Assembly: GCA_964614945.1 (NCBI GenBank)
Contig: CAZTNW010000001.1
Location: 30,573-94,572, forward strand
Source: an uncultured bacterium
GTDB lineage: Bacteria; Caldisericota; JANLFM01
Direction of reading: 5' to 3'
Length of the DNA stretch: 64,000 nucleotides
Shown here: piece by piece, positions 19,141-32,171 of the stretch
Position numbering within the stretch: position 1 is the first letter of the stretch
Layout: each line of letters starts with the position of its first letter
Notes under the pieces: model-generated
What the model was told of the DNA's origin: nothing
Seen by the model: the letters and a program-made list of their open reading frames with translations, nothing else
Databases searched by the model: none
Made by a program: the position numbers and the translations under genes

Positions 19141-19587
19141 CTATTTCTCTCTGGAATCCAGCCAGATGGTCACAGGCCCATCATTTTCCAGAGAGACCAC
19201 CATCAAAGTCTGGAACTCACCCGTTTTCGGGGAAAATCCCTCCTTCTTGAGAACTTTGAGGAATAAATGATAGAGGGATGAAGCTTTCTCGGGCGAAGAG
19301 GCCATGGTAAAGGAAGGTCGTCTTCCTTTCCGCGTATCGGCAAAGAGAGTGAATTGGGAGACGACGAGAATCTCTCCATCGATATCCTTGAGCGACAGAT
19401 TCATCTTACCGGAGCAGTCCTCAAAGATTCTCAAGACAGCGATTTTTTGAGCTAAAAAGGAGGCATCCTCCTCCCGGTCATCCCGGCTTATGCCCAGCAG
19501 AACGAGGAGACCCCGCTTAATCCGCGCAAGTTCCCGACCCTTGACCTTCACGGATGCGCTCTTCACTCTTTGTAGGACTGCCCGCAT
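19141..19587 (-). CDS. dtd: D-aminoacyl-tRNA deacylase
   Basis: The N-terminus reads MRAVLQRV and the C-terminal motif SQFTL is present, at the typical length of 148 aa. Confidence 0.9.
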   Translation of the reverse strand: MRAVLQRVKSASVKVKGRELARIKRGLLVLLGISRDDREEDASFLAQKIAVLRIFEDCSGKMNLSLKDIDGEILVVSQFTLFADTRKGRRPSFTMASSPEKASSLYHLFLKVLKKEGFSPKTGEFQTLMVVSLENDGPVTIWLDSREK

Positions 19588-19588
19588 T

Positions 19589-21760
19589 TTATTTTCTCCG
19601 TACTCTGTTCACTGAAGGGATGCCCTCCAATTTATTCATTAATTGACGCAGTTGGGAGAGATCCTGAACCTGTACGGTTAGGTCAATTCCGGTGAGTTCC
19701 GAAGGCAATGGATAAGCATTTATTTCCTGAATGTTTATCTCCTCCTCGGCGATAGCGAAAGTAATGTCTTTCAGCACGCCAGGCCGATTGGCAGCCCGGA
19801 GAAAGAGCTGAGCCGGATAAAAACCTCCCGTTTTCTCCTTAGGCCAGGAAAGGGCCACTCTCCTTTCCTTCTCGGGGAAAGTAAGCAGGTTCCGACAATC
19901 CGAGCGATGGATGGAAATTCCTCTCCCTTGAGTTATGTAGCCTACGATAGGATCCCCCGGCAAGGGGGCACAGCAGCCGGCAATACGCACAAGGAGGCCT
20001 TCCGTGCCCATGACCTGCGGTTCGCTTTCTCTGTGGCGCGTGGTAACTATGGGGAGACCCTCTTGTTCCTTTTCCTGCCGAAGCCTTTGGAGATTTGTCA
20101 AAATCTGTTGTGGTGTCACTTGTCCCTGCCCTAAGGCGAGAAAGAGCTCCTCCTCGCTCTCCAGATTCAATGACTTGATGATCGATACCAATTCTTCTGC
20201 TTCCGCGAATTGCTTGCGCAGAGATCGGTCGAAAATGCCCTTTCCCTCGCTGATATTCTCCTCCCGGTTCTTCTGGCGGAAGAAGGCTTTGATCTTGCCT
20301 TTAGCGGACGAAGTCCGGACGAACTGCAACCAGTCTCTGCTGGGGGAAGTGCTCTGCTTGGTGATAATTTCCACCCGGTCTCCTGTTTGCAAGTGGTAGC
20401 TGAGGGGGACGATCCGGCCGTTCACTTTTGAACCGGCGCAATGCGTGCCCACTTCAGTATGGATATGATAGGCAAAATCAACCGGTGTGGCCCCTACAGG
20501 CAGATCCACGACTTCCCCTTTGGGGGTGAAGACCAGAACCTCATCGGCAAACAAGTCAACCTTGACCCGTTCCAGGAATTCGTGTGAATCCACCAGTTCT
20601 CGCTGCCATTCGAGGACTTCTCGCAGCCAGACCAATTTTTTCTCCATTTGAGGGTCTCTCTTCCCGCCCTCCTTGTAGCGCCAATGAGCTGCAATGCCGA
20701 GCTCAGCCGTCTTATGCATTTCCTGTGTACGGATCTGAATCTCTACTGGCTCCCCCTCCGGCCCTATCACCACTGTGTGCAAAGACTGGTAGAGATTGGG
20801 TTTAGGCATGGCGATATAGTCCTTCAACCTTCCTGGAATCGGACGGAAGAGGGAATGTGCGACCCCCAGTACTTCGTAGCAGCTGGGTATATCCTTCACG
20901 ATAACGCGCAAAGCGAGAAGATCGTAGATCTCTTCGAAAGGAACCCAGTCATTTTGCATTTTTTGATGAATTGAGTAAAGATGCTTTGCCCTGTACTGAA
21001 TTTCGGGATTGATTTTTTGTCGCTTTAACTCCAATTGCAGTGTTTCACTTACTTCGCGCAGGATTCTTTCCCTCTCACTCCGTTTTCGCTGCATTCTCTT
21101 AGCCAGATCGAAATATATATCCGGATTCAGATAACGAAAAGAAAGATCTTCAAGCTCCCATTTCAATTTATAGACGCCGAGGCGGGAAGCAAGAGGAGCG
21201 TAAATTTCCAGTGTTTCCCGCGCAATTTCCTCCTGTTTCTGCGTGGTCAGGTAGTTGAGCGTGCGTAAATTGTGCAATCGATCGGCCAGTTTGATTAATA
21301 CTACACGGACATCCCGGGCCATGGCCAGAAAGATCTTACGCAGATTTTCCACCTGACGTTCTTCTTTAGAGGCATAACTCAGAGTCGAGATTTTCGTCAA
21401 TCCGTCCACAAGGGCAGCTATTTCATCGCCAAAGCTAGCGCGTAGAGAGTCTAACGTTTGTGGCGTGTCCTCCACCACGTCATGAAGCAGCGCGGATACA
21501 ATCGTCGGCCGATCAGCCTCCAGCTCAGCTAAAATTGAGGCTACCTGCAGCGGATGATTAATATACGGCTCGCCTGACTCGCGCCGTTGACCCCCGTGCG
21601 CCTTCAAGGCAAAATTGAAAGCTTCGCGGAGAGTATCCAGTTCAATTCTGGGCCAATGGCTTAACTTCTGCTCAAGATCCTCAATTGTCAAGGCTACCTC
21701 TTTGAGGGGATTATAACATCTAAGGTTGATGCGGTTCGGAGTGCACGATGACCTCATCAA
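19589..21760 (-). CDS. rel: bifunctional (p)ppGpp synthetase/hydrolase
   Basis: It has the HD hydrolase domain, the RelA/SpoT synthetase domain, and the TGS and ACT domains, at 723 aa. Confidence 0.9.
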   Translation of the reverse strand: MMRSSCTPNRINLRCYNPLKEVALTIEDLEQKLSHWPRIELDTLREAFNFALKAHGGQRRESGEPYINHPLQVASILAELEADRPTIVSALLHDVVEDTPQTLDSLRASFGDEIAALVDGLTKISTLSYASKEERQVENLRKIFLAMARDVRVVLIKLADRLHNLRTLNYLTTQKQEEIARETLEIYAPLASRLGVYKLKWELEDLSFRYLNPDIYFDLAKRMQRKRSERERILREVSETLQLELKRQKINPEIQYRAKHLYSIHQKMQNDWVPFEEIYDLLALRVIVKDIPSCYEVLGVAHSLFRPIPGRLKDYIAMPKPNLYQSLHTVVIGPEGEPVEIQIRTQEMHKTAELGIAAHWRYKEGGKRDPQMEKKLVWLREVLEWQRELVDSHEFLERVKVDLFADEVLVFTPKGEVVDLPVGATPVDFAYHIHTEVGTHCAGSKVNGRIVPLSYHLQTGDRVEIITKQSTSPSRDWLQFVRTSSAKGKIKAFFRQKNREENISEGKGIFDRSLRKQFAEAEELVSIIKSLNLESEEELFLALGQGQVTPQQILTNLQRLRQEKEQEGLPIVTTRHRESEPQVMGTEGLLVRIAGCCAPLPGDPIVGYITQGRGISIHRSDCRNLLTFPEKERRVALSWPKEKTGGFYPAQLFLRAANRPGVLKDITFAIAEEEINIQEINAYPLPSELTGIDLTVQVQDLSQLRQLMNKLEGIPSVNRVRRK

Positions 21761-23153
21761 TGTGGGGAAGCAGCTGTTTTATTCTATCCTCAACCGAAGT
21801 AGTGACGCTGTGGGCGTCTTCCAAAGACAGACTCTCCTCAATCAGAATATGGCAGCTCAGTAGGTTTCCCGTGGAGCTTGAATGTATGGAAATAGCGTGC
21901 ACTCCGAGGATACGAGGATCTTGAAGGATTTCCCTTTTTAAACGCTCGATTTCCCCGGGCGAAAGGCTCTCCTGTTTTCCATCGCCAAAATCACTGGTGG
22001 CTTCTAGATGCGTGGTAAGGCCGGAGATGTCCGGTATTCCATTCTTCAGATCTCTCTCCAGACGATCAACTATAGCGTGTGCGCGCTCGAGCGAGAAGAC
22101 TGGGTCTAACTTCAGATGAAGGCTGAGAAAGTATTTCCCGTTCTCACTGTCCTGGTATGCGTTCAGATTGTGCACTTCGGTGATTTCCGGGTAACGATCG
22201 GATATGGCACGGATCTTATCCAGGATGGTTTCACCGGAGGCAGAAGGAAGGAACTTCACCATAATGTCGCTTTGGGGGACAATCTCTCTCACCTTTTTTT
22301 CGATCTGGTTTGTCAGATCATATCCGTGATCGAGGGAATAGGAACGTTTGGCCGAGACCACAATATCTATAAAAGTGTGGGGACCAGAGGGGCGAATTCT
22401 TATCTTTTCAACGCGCTCTACCTCTGGAATTTCACTCACCTCGGATAGAATCTTCTCGTTCAAACCAGCAGGGGCACGATCGACAAGCCCATCGATTGTC
22501 TTTCTGATAAGTCTGATTCCGGCAATTGATACCAGCAGGGCCACCCCCAGCGCAGCAATCGGGTCGAGGATTGGTAAGCCGAAACGCACTCCGATCAATC
22601 CGGCGATGACGATGGAGGAGGAAAGGATGTCGGAAGAATAATGCAGGGCATCTGCCTCCAGGGCTTGAGAAGAGTGTTTTCGCGCCCCTCGATAGAGAAT
22701 GCGGGAAATCAGTATATCGAGGATGACAGAAATCCCCATTACGAGGAATGCCACCCAGGTCGCTTCCACTTCGGCGGGCTTGCCCAGCAGCCGCTGTACG
22801 GCCTCGTAAACTATCCAGAGGCAGGTGGCGAGAAGGAGGAGAGATTCGGCCAGAGCAGACAAGTTCTCCACTTTGCCGTGACCGTATTGATGCTTGGCAT
22901 CAGGCGGTCGGGACGAAATACGAACAGAGAAGAGAGTAATTAGAGCCGCTCCCAGATCGAGCAAGGAATGCGCTGCCTCCGACAATATGCCTAAGCTTCC
23001 CGTTAGGAGACCAACAATAAGCTTCAGGCCTGTGAGTGTCAGACCTACAAGAACTGAATAGAAAGCGACCCTGACCTTTGTTTCAGGCTGCCCGATCTTC
23101 CGGCTTGAGGTTAATCTCGTTGTCTTTGGAGTCTCTGTTTTCTTCATAAGCAA
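21720..23153 (-). CDS. cation diffusion facilitator (CDF) family metal efflux transporter with an extended C-terminal cytoplasmic region
   Basis: It has six TM segments with HSLLD and HxxxD-type metal-site motifs. The C-terminal portion is about 170 aa longer than in typical CDF proteins. Confidence 0.75.
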   Translation of the reverse strand: MLMKKTETPKTTRLTSSRKIGQPETKVRVAFYSVLVGLTLTGLKLIVGLLTGSLGILSEAAHSLLDLGAALITLFSVRISSRPPDAKHQYGHGKVENLSALAESLLLLATCLWIVYEAVQRLLGKPAEVEATWVAFLVMGISVILDILISRILYRGARKHSSQALEADALHYSSDILSSSIVIAGLIGVRFGLPILDPIAALGVALLVSIAGIRLIRKTIDGLVDRAPAGLNEKILSEVSEIPEVERVEKIRIRPSGPHTFIDIVVSAKRSYSLDHGYDLTNQIEKKVREIVPQSDIMVKFLPSASGETILDKIRAISDRYPEITEVHNLNAYQDSENGKYFLSLHLKLDPVFSLERAHAIVDRLERDLKNGIPDISGLTTHLEATSDFGDGKQESLSPGEIERLKREILQDPRILGVHAISIHSSSTGNLLSCHILIEESLSLEDAHSVTTSVEDRIKQLLPHIDEVIVHSEPHQP

Positions 23154-23237
23154 AAACCTGCGGCTCTGGAATCCCGCAGGTCTCTCTGCTGCGCCATAAT
23201 AAACGCCCGAAAGCTTTCACTTTCTGTTTTCGCTACA
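23151..23237 (-). promoter_or_regulatory. structured 5' leader of the CDF gene with a terminator-like hairpin; candidate attenuator or metal riboswitch
   Basis: The hairpin CCUGCGG-N10-CCGCAGG is followed by UUUUU and ends at the TTG/ATG start. A perfect palindrome GAAAGCTTTC lies at 23209-23218. Confidence 0.4.
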
Positions 23238-23244
23238 GACGATA

Positions 23245-23272
23245 TTTTTATTGATTTTTATACGCTTGTCAA
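23245..23272 (-). promoter_or_regulatory. putative sigma-70 promoter for the CDF gene
   Basis: On the minus strand a TTGACA (23267-23272) is followed by a 16-nt spacer and a TAAAAAT (23244-23250). The -35 box overlaps the secDF stop codon. Confidence 0.4.
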
Positions 23273-25662
23273 ATCTGAGCCCTCTTCCTACCTGACTTTT
23301 TCCGGGCCTCCATCCGCTGAAGCCAGAGGTTAATGATAGGCGTGGCTACAAAGAAAGAGGAGTATGCGCCGGTCGCGATTCCCACAAAGAGGCCGAGCGA
23401 AAAATCCAAGATTGAGCTTCCGCCAAATATCACGAGGGCGAGGATAGCGAGCAAGGTGGTGAGAGTGGTGTTCATAGAGCGGGTGAAAGTCTGGAGGATG
23501 CTGCGATTGATGAGGTCGGGTATTGTTTCCTTCTTGCGAAAACGCATGTTCTCGCGAATCCGGTCGAGCACCACCACTGTATCCATCACGGAATAGCCGG
23601 TAACTGTAAGAAGTACCGCCACGAAGGGGCTGTTGACCTCCATAAAAGTGAGGGCGAAAAACCCGATAATGATCAGGATATCGTGCAATAAAGCAACGAT
23701 TGTAGCCACAGCAAAGCGGAACTCAAAGCGGATGGAAATATATATAATGATTCCGAGAAGAGCGAGTAAAACTGCGTAAAGGGCATTGAGCTGAAGATCT
23801 TTGCCTACAACCGGGCCGACATAGTCCGCTCCCAAGAGATGAATGGAAGGGAAATTATCCTTTAAGACCTCGACCAACTCGTTAGTTTGCTCTGACTTGA
23901 GCTCCTTGGTCCTCACTACGACATGATAGTCGTTCACAGGCTGGATTTGATGCTCCGGAAGACCCTGGGAGACCAGAACTTGTTTAAGGACTGAGGGATC
24001 CAGCCTGTCCGGCGATTCCGCTGTAAATTCAATTCGGCTTCCCCCTGTGAAGTCGATTCCTAAATTGAGGGGAAGGCTCTCGGATTTGACGGTCCAGTTG
24101 ATGCCAGCCATCGCCAGACCCAGCACTATCAGAACCAGGGACAACGAGAACCAAAGCTTGGTCTTACCTATAATGTTCCATTTTCCGGGGCGGATTAGGG
24201 AGAAGGAGCGTTCATGCATGTTAAGTAAGGGCAGGTTGTGTGAGACCTTTGTTTGAGCGACCAGATCGACGAAAACCCGGCTGACGAAAACCGCCGTGAA
24301 TAAACTGACCAGGATTCCCAGGGCAAGGGTGATGGAGAAGCCGCGAATGGATCCGGTACCGAACCAGTAAAGCGAGGCGGCGGCGATCAAAGTGGTTGCG
24401 TTGGAATCAATTATGGTACGGAACGCTTTAGCGAAGCCAGAAGTGATAGCTCCTCGCAGAGTTTTTCCTGTTCTCACCTCCTCCCGGATGCGCTCGAAAA
24501 TAAGAACATTGGCATCTACAGCCATGCCCACAGAGAGAACTACTCCGGCGATACCGGGGAGGGTGAGTACAGCCCCCAATAGCTTGAGAATTGCCAACAG
24601 AAGGAGGACGTAGATCATTAGGGATATATCAGCGAGCAGACCGAGGAGCCGGTAATTAACAATCATGAAAAGAGCCACGAGTAAAACAGCAATGATTCCA
24701 GCGATGAGAGAGGCGCGAATGGCGGCCTCTCCCAGCGTGGGAGCCACCGTCCTCTCCTCGGCAATCACCAATTTTACCGGCAGGGCCCCACCCCTGAGCA
24801 GCGCCGCGATGCTGGATGCTTCGTTTATATCGAATTTGCCGGTGAGCCTCGCTTCGCCTGAGGGAATCTCTTCTTGAACGGTTCCGGCGAAGACTATATC
24901 GTTGTCAAGAACCGTGTAGATCATTTTGCCGACGGTTTCCTTGGTTAGCCGGGCGAAGAGGCTCGTGCCTTCTTCATTAAATTTTATCCCTACCTCAGCT
25001 TCACCCTTTTCTCCGAAGCGAGCACGAGCATCAACCAGGTACTGGCCAGTGAGGGCCACCTCACCTCGGGGGAGCTCCAATTTGAGGCCAGGCGTGGGAG
25101 TAATGGTTTTGCGGGCGGCATCCAGAGATTCGAATCCTGGCTCCTGGGCTGCATAGCCCCCAACTACGGCAAATTTCCGATTTCCCATGGCGTCGTAATA
25201 TAGAAGGAGCATGGGAATACTGCTCCGGGGTTCCGAGATGATCGTGGGGGTATAGGTTTCGCCAGCTGTGGTGGTTGCTGTGAGATCTGTAGAAGTGAGC
25301 GTAACGCGTTCTTTAGCCACGATGAATTCGAGCATCGCCGTTCGCCCGAGAATCTCTCGGGCCTTTTCTGGATCCTGGTAGCGGGGAAGATCGACGATGA
25401 TCCGGTTCCAGCGTTCCCCACCCTGGCCCTGAATGATCGGCTCTGAGAGGCCAAGGGCGTTGACGCGTCCGGAAATCACCCGGATCGCTGCCTCCACTCC
25501 TTCCCGCGTGGCTTTGGCTTCAGGCGTGTCGACCGCTTCCAAAGTGAAATGAACTCCTCCGGCCAAATCTAAGCCGTACCGCAGAGGAAGAAAATAGAAA
25601 GCCAGAATTCCTCCTACGACTACGATCAGGATAAAGATCACCTTGATTGAAAGCCTGTTCAC
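23269..25662 (-). CDS. secDF: protein translocase subunit SecDF (fused SecD-SecF)
   Basis: At 797 aa it has twelve TM segments, with SecD and SecF periplasmic domains fused. Confidence 0.9.
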   Translation of the reverse strand: MNRLSIKVIFILIVVVGGILAFYFLPLRYGLDLAGGVHFTLEAVDTPEAKATREGVEAAIRVISGRVNALGLSEPIIQGQGGERWNRIIVDLPRYQDPEKAREILGRTAMLEFIVAKERVTLTSTDLTATTTAGETYTPTIISEPRSSIPMLLLYYDAMGNRKFAVVGGYAAQEPGFESLDAARKTITPTPGLKLELPRGEVALTGQYLVDARARFGEKGEAEVGIKFNEEGTSLFARLTKETVGKMIYTVLDNDIVFAGTVQEEIPSGEARLTGKFDINEASSIAALLRGGALPVKLVIAEERTVAPTLGEAAIRASLIAGIIAVLLVALFMIVNYRLLGLLADISLMIYVLLLLAILKLLGAVLTLPGIAGVVLSVGMAVDANVLIFERIREEVRTGKTLRGAITSGFAKAFRTIIDSNATTLIAAASLYWFGTGSIRGFSITLALGILVSLFTAVFVSRVFVDLVAQTKVSHNLPLLNMHERSFSLIRPGKWNIIGKTKLWFSLSLVLIVLGLAMAGINWTVKSESLPLNLGIDFTGGSRIEFTAESPDRLDPSVLKQVLVSQGLPEHQIQPVNDYHVVVRTKELKSEQTNELVEVLKDNFPSIHLLGADYVGPVVGKDLQLNALYAVLLALLGIIIYISIRFEFRFAVATIVALLHDILIIIGFFALTFMEVNSPFVAVLLTVTGYSVMDTVVVLDRIRENMRFRKKETIPDLINRSILQTFTRSMNTTLTTLLAILALVIFGGSSILDFSLGLFVGIATGAYSSFFVATPIINLWLQRMEARKKSGRKRAQI

Positions 25663-25735
25663 TTTTTGACGCTCCTTCTATGGCAGACCTTTGCAGAGTA
25701 TAGGAATATTTATCCGGCTAAGCAAGGTCAGAGGA

Positions 25736-28539
<2,804 letters not shown>

Positions 28540-28543
<4 letters not shown>

Positions 28544-30015
28544 TACTGGCTCGCGATCTGAACTCCTTGGTAATAATAAGTTAGAATCTTATCATAGGCG
28601 AGACCTTCCTCCGCTCGCGCTTTAGCTCCCCATTGTGGCATGCCGACTCCGTGCCCCCATCCCTGCCCGATGAAAGTGATCACGTCACTGGAGAGGGATA
28701 GTGAGTAGGTTTCATCTAAAGTAATCAGGCCTGTGGAACTGAGTATCGCCAAAGGGAGGGACGCGGGACTATTTCCCTGAGTGGAGAGGATGTTCAATGT
28801 ATTAGCCAAAACCTGGTGAATACCGGAGGAGGCGATCAGCGCCAAAGAAGCAGACACTCCACCGGGAGAATAATCGAGGGAGACGAGGCTTGAACGCAGA
28901 TCAGCTGCTTTCCGTAATTCTTCTCCTGTCAGGGTGGCCGTCCCTGTGGACCCGACGACCTCCAGCACCTTTACTCTCCCCGACACCCCCTTTTCCAAGA
29001 TGTTCAGCTGTTTAAAATTCCCCAATTTGATGCCTTTCTTCTCCTCCACTCTGCGCAGAAATTCGCTCGCTGTGACTGTCTGGGTCCAGCTGTAGTATTT
29101 TGATCCCTCTTCTCCGGGACTGAGCACTCCCCTCAGGTAAGGCACGGCAGAACCCTGCCAGACGTTTTCGTTGTTTTCCGTATGCCCGCCTGAACAGGAG
29201 TGAAAAGAAGCCGTTATGATCTTGCCCTCGCACATTAAAACCTGCCCCTTTGTGGCATCCACCGCTGCATTGGACTCAGGTTTTTCCACTTCATACCCTC
29301 TGTAAACTTGATCATAAATAGTGGCATTAAGGTCGTAACCCTCTACCGCGCTCTTATTTTCCTGGACTTTTTTCATAGCATAAGAACGAGAGGCCAAAGC
29401 CTGAGCCTTAAGTGCTTCAGAGTGCCAATCATGAGGCATTTCCGCAGGCACTACCCCGTAAAGATATTTTTCCAGCGCGAGGATATTGATTATCCTGAGC
29501 TCTGCCCCTCTCCAAAACAGCTCGAGGTTTCCTCTATAGCTCCTTCCATTCAGGGAAAAGGTGCAATCATCCCCCGAAGGGGACAAAAGCAGTGCCGGCT
29601 CTTCGCCCTCTCCACCCCAACCGAGATCGGAGTTTCCCGGACGACGGAAAAGCAGTGAAAAAGGGGGGGAAATTACCTCAGCTTGAGGGAACCGAGAACG
29701 AGCCTGATCCTGTGCCCGTTGAGCCTGGGACAGATCCGCGAAGGGTCCCAGAGCCAAGCTTAATCGGCGTCCTATCTCGGCCAGAACTGGCTTCCCCACG
29801 AGCTGCCAGAGCTCCTGGTGGGCTGGGACGATGCTCTCGATCTCGCCCTGGGTTCCGCAGAAGAGGGAAACCCATAAGAGGCCTGCATTTGCCCAGGCAA
29901 GTTCCAGCGATTCAGACCCTGATTGAATTTTGTTCCCGCTTGGGGATGTGACCGTGTATGGACCGGCGAACCCTGTGCTTAATGAGGTTGGATCAACCAT
30001 AAGAAGGACTCTCAC
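28540..30015 (-). CDS. SpoIID/LytB-domain protein
   Basis: It has an N-terminal signal sequence and a central SpoIID/LytB domain (YLYGVVPAEMP, SFHSCSGGHTE). Confidence 0.7.
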
Positions 30016-30094
30016 CTCTGGAACTTGAGCTCCCTTGCTTTCGATAAGGGGGAAAGACAGTAGACTGGCGACAAAAATTAAGAGGAGGGCAAAT

Positions 30095-31090
30095 TTACGC
30101 GAGAAGATCGAGTTCTCCCTCCAGACTCAGATGTTTGGCTTCCTCAGTGAGCATGCGGCCGCGCGGTGTGCGCTCCAGTAGGCCGGACTGGATCAAGTAT
30201 GGTTCATAGACGTCTTCTACAGTGGCCCTGTCCTCGCCGAGTATTGCGCAGATGGCTTCCATTCCTACTGGTCCTCCTCCATACTGCGTGGCGATAACAT
30301 TAAGGAGTCTGCGATCCATTTCGTCCAGACCCATGCGGTCGATCTTCATTAAATTGAAGGTCTCCTCCACTGCCTGACGGTTCAGGACCCCCTGATTCCT
30401 TGCTAAGGCGAAATCAATCACTCTCTGCAGCAGCCTGTTAGCGATCCGGGGCGTTCCCCGAGATCGCTGGGCTATTGCCCAGGCGCAGTCTTCCTTCAGG
30501 CGTATTTTGAGGATAGTTGCAGACCTCCTGACGATTTGCAGCATCTCGTCAGGAGAGTAATAGCCGAGGCGAAAGACAAGGCCAAAGCGGTCACGCAGTG
30601 GGCTCGTAAGAAGTCCTGCCCTTGTTGTGGCTCCCACGAGGGTAAAAGGAGAAAGAGGGATTTCTACAGCCTTAGCTGTGGGCCCCTTTCCCAGGGTGAT
30701 GTGAAAAGTAAAATCCTCCATAACAGGATAGAGGCTTTCCTCGCTGGCTGAGTTCAGGCGGTGAATCTCATCGATGAAAAGGACATCCCCTCTCTCCAGG
30801 TTAGCTACGATCGTGGCGAGGTCGCGCGGAGAGGTGATGGCAGGTCCCGTGGATCGCCAGAGATGCCCCTGCATTTCATGAGCGACGACAGCAGCAATCG
30901 TAGTTTTTCCCATGCCGGGGGGGCCGTAGATCAGGATGTGATCGATTGGCTTTCCGCGAATAATAGCTGCATCAATCGAAATCTTCAAGGAATCCTTGAC
31001 CTGCTTTTGGCCAATGTATTCGGAAAGGGTTCTGGGCCTCAGATCGAGTTCTTCTTCCTCGCGCAGGAGCTCTTCAACAGTTTTTTTCAC
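30095..31090 (-). CDS. ruvB: Holliday junction branch migration ATPase RuvB
   Basis: It is an AAA+ protein with GPPGMGKTT, and the RuvB N and C domains. Confidence 0.9.
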   Translation of the reverse strand: MKKTVEELLREEEELDLRPRTLSEYIGQKQVKDSLKISIDAAIIRGKPIDHILIYGPPGMGKTTIAAVVAHEMQGHLWRSTGPAITSPRDLATIVANLERGDVLFIDEIHRLNSASEESLYPVMEDFTFHITLGKGPTAKAVEIPLSPFTLVGATTRAGLLTSPLRDRFGLVFRLGYYSPDEMLQIVRRSATILKIRLKEDCAWAIAQRSRGTPRIANRLLQRVIDFALARNQGVLNRQAVEETFNLMKIDRMGLDEMDRRLLNVIATQYGGGPVGMEAICAILGEDRATVEDVYEPYLIQSGLLERTPRGRMLTEEAKHLSLEGELDLLA

Positions 31091-31647
31091 TGCCGGAGGG
31101 CCTCCTTCACGATCTCAACTGTCGTCATGGAAGAATCTTGTAAATTCACTTTCCTCAAACGTTCTCTTGCTTCCGCCTCGCTGAAACCAAGCGAAATCAG
31201 GGCCTGTAAGGATTCCGCCCATAATAAAGACGGCGCGGCAAATTCATCCTGAGCCAGCAGTTTGCCCTGCATGGCGAAGAGGATGCGGGTGGCCGTCTTC
31301 TTGCCAATACCCGGAATACGGAGAAGAGAGGAGGGATTATTTCTCAGAATGGCCTCACTTAGCTCTTCCAGCGACAAATGTGCTATCAGGCTCTGTGCAA
31401 GTTTAGGTCCCACTCCCGAAACAGTAAGCAGCCGGCGAAACAGCTCCAGTTCCTCCCTTTTTTGAAAACCGAAGAGAGCGAAAGCTTCTTCTTTGACCAG
31501 AAGATAAGTGTAGAGTTCGATTGTGGATCCGATTACAAATTCTCCCTGCTTCGGAGAAAAGAAGAGGCGCAGGTCCACCGGTCCCATCTGGAGAATGAGC
31601 TCGTTCTCCCTCTGTTCTAGAACCTGTCCGCGTACCCGCTCAATCAT
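31087..31647 (-). CDS. ruvA: Holliday junction DNA helicase RuvA
   Basis: At 186 aa it has the HhH motifs and sits between ruvC and ruvB. Confidence 0.85.
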   Translation of the reverse strand: MIERVRGQVLEQRENELILQMGPVDLRLFFSPKQGEFVIGSTIELYTYLLVKEEAFALFGFQKREELELFRRLLTVSGVGPKLAQSLIAHLSLEELSEAILRNNPSSLLRIPGIGKKTATRILFAMQGKLLAQDEFAAPSLLWAESLQALISLGFSEAEARERLRKVNLQDSSMTTVEIVKEALRQ

Positions 31648-32170
31648 TTTTCCCTATACGGATCCTGTTTCTGAATTTTCTTGCATAAGCATGGCATAGA
31701 GCAACGGCCAGCGCATCGGTGGCGTCGTCGAGAGAAGGAAGTTCGCTGTAGCCCAGAAGCAGCTTGAGCATTTCCTTGACCTGGGTTTTGCTTGCCCGAC
31801 CATAGCCTGTGATAGCCATCTTCACCTGGGGCGGAGAATACTTGTACAAGGGAATTTTTTTTTGCGCGGCGAGGAGGGTGATAATTCCGATAACGGACCC
31901 CACGGAAAAAGCCGTGCGGGTATTTTTGTTGAAATATAGTTCTTCACAAGCTATTGAACCGGGCCTGTTTGTCCGGATAATCTGGCCCAGGCTACTGTAT
32001 AGCGAGAGAACTCTCTTTTCCATGGGATCTATCTTGTCGGTGTGCAGGCAACTGCAGCTCTGCACCCTCCACGAGGGTTCTTCCCAGGCAATGATGGCGA
32101 AGCCAAGCGATGCAGTGCCAGGGTCTAGCCCGAGGATTATCTTGTGGTCTTCCTCGTTCCTGGGGTACAA
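31640..32170 (-). CDS. ruvC: crossover junction endodeoxyribonuclease RuvC
   Basis: It has the motif ILGLDPGTASLGFAII. The long ORF overlaps yebC, so the likely start is a TTG at 32168-32170 next to the yebC stop. Confidence 0.75.
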   Translation of the reverse strand: MYPRNEEDHKIILGLDPGTASLGFAIIAWEEPSWRVQSCSCLHTDKIDPMEKRVLSLYSSLGQIIRTNRPGSIACEELYFNKNTRTAFSVGSVIGIITLLAAQKKIPLYKYSPPQVKMAITGYGRASKTQVKEMLKLLLGYSELPSLDDATDALAVALCHAYARKFRNRIRIGKND

Positions 32171-32171
32171 A

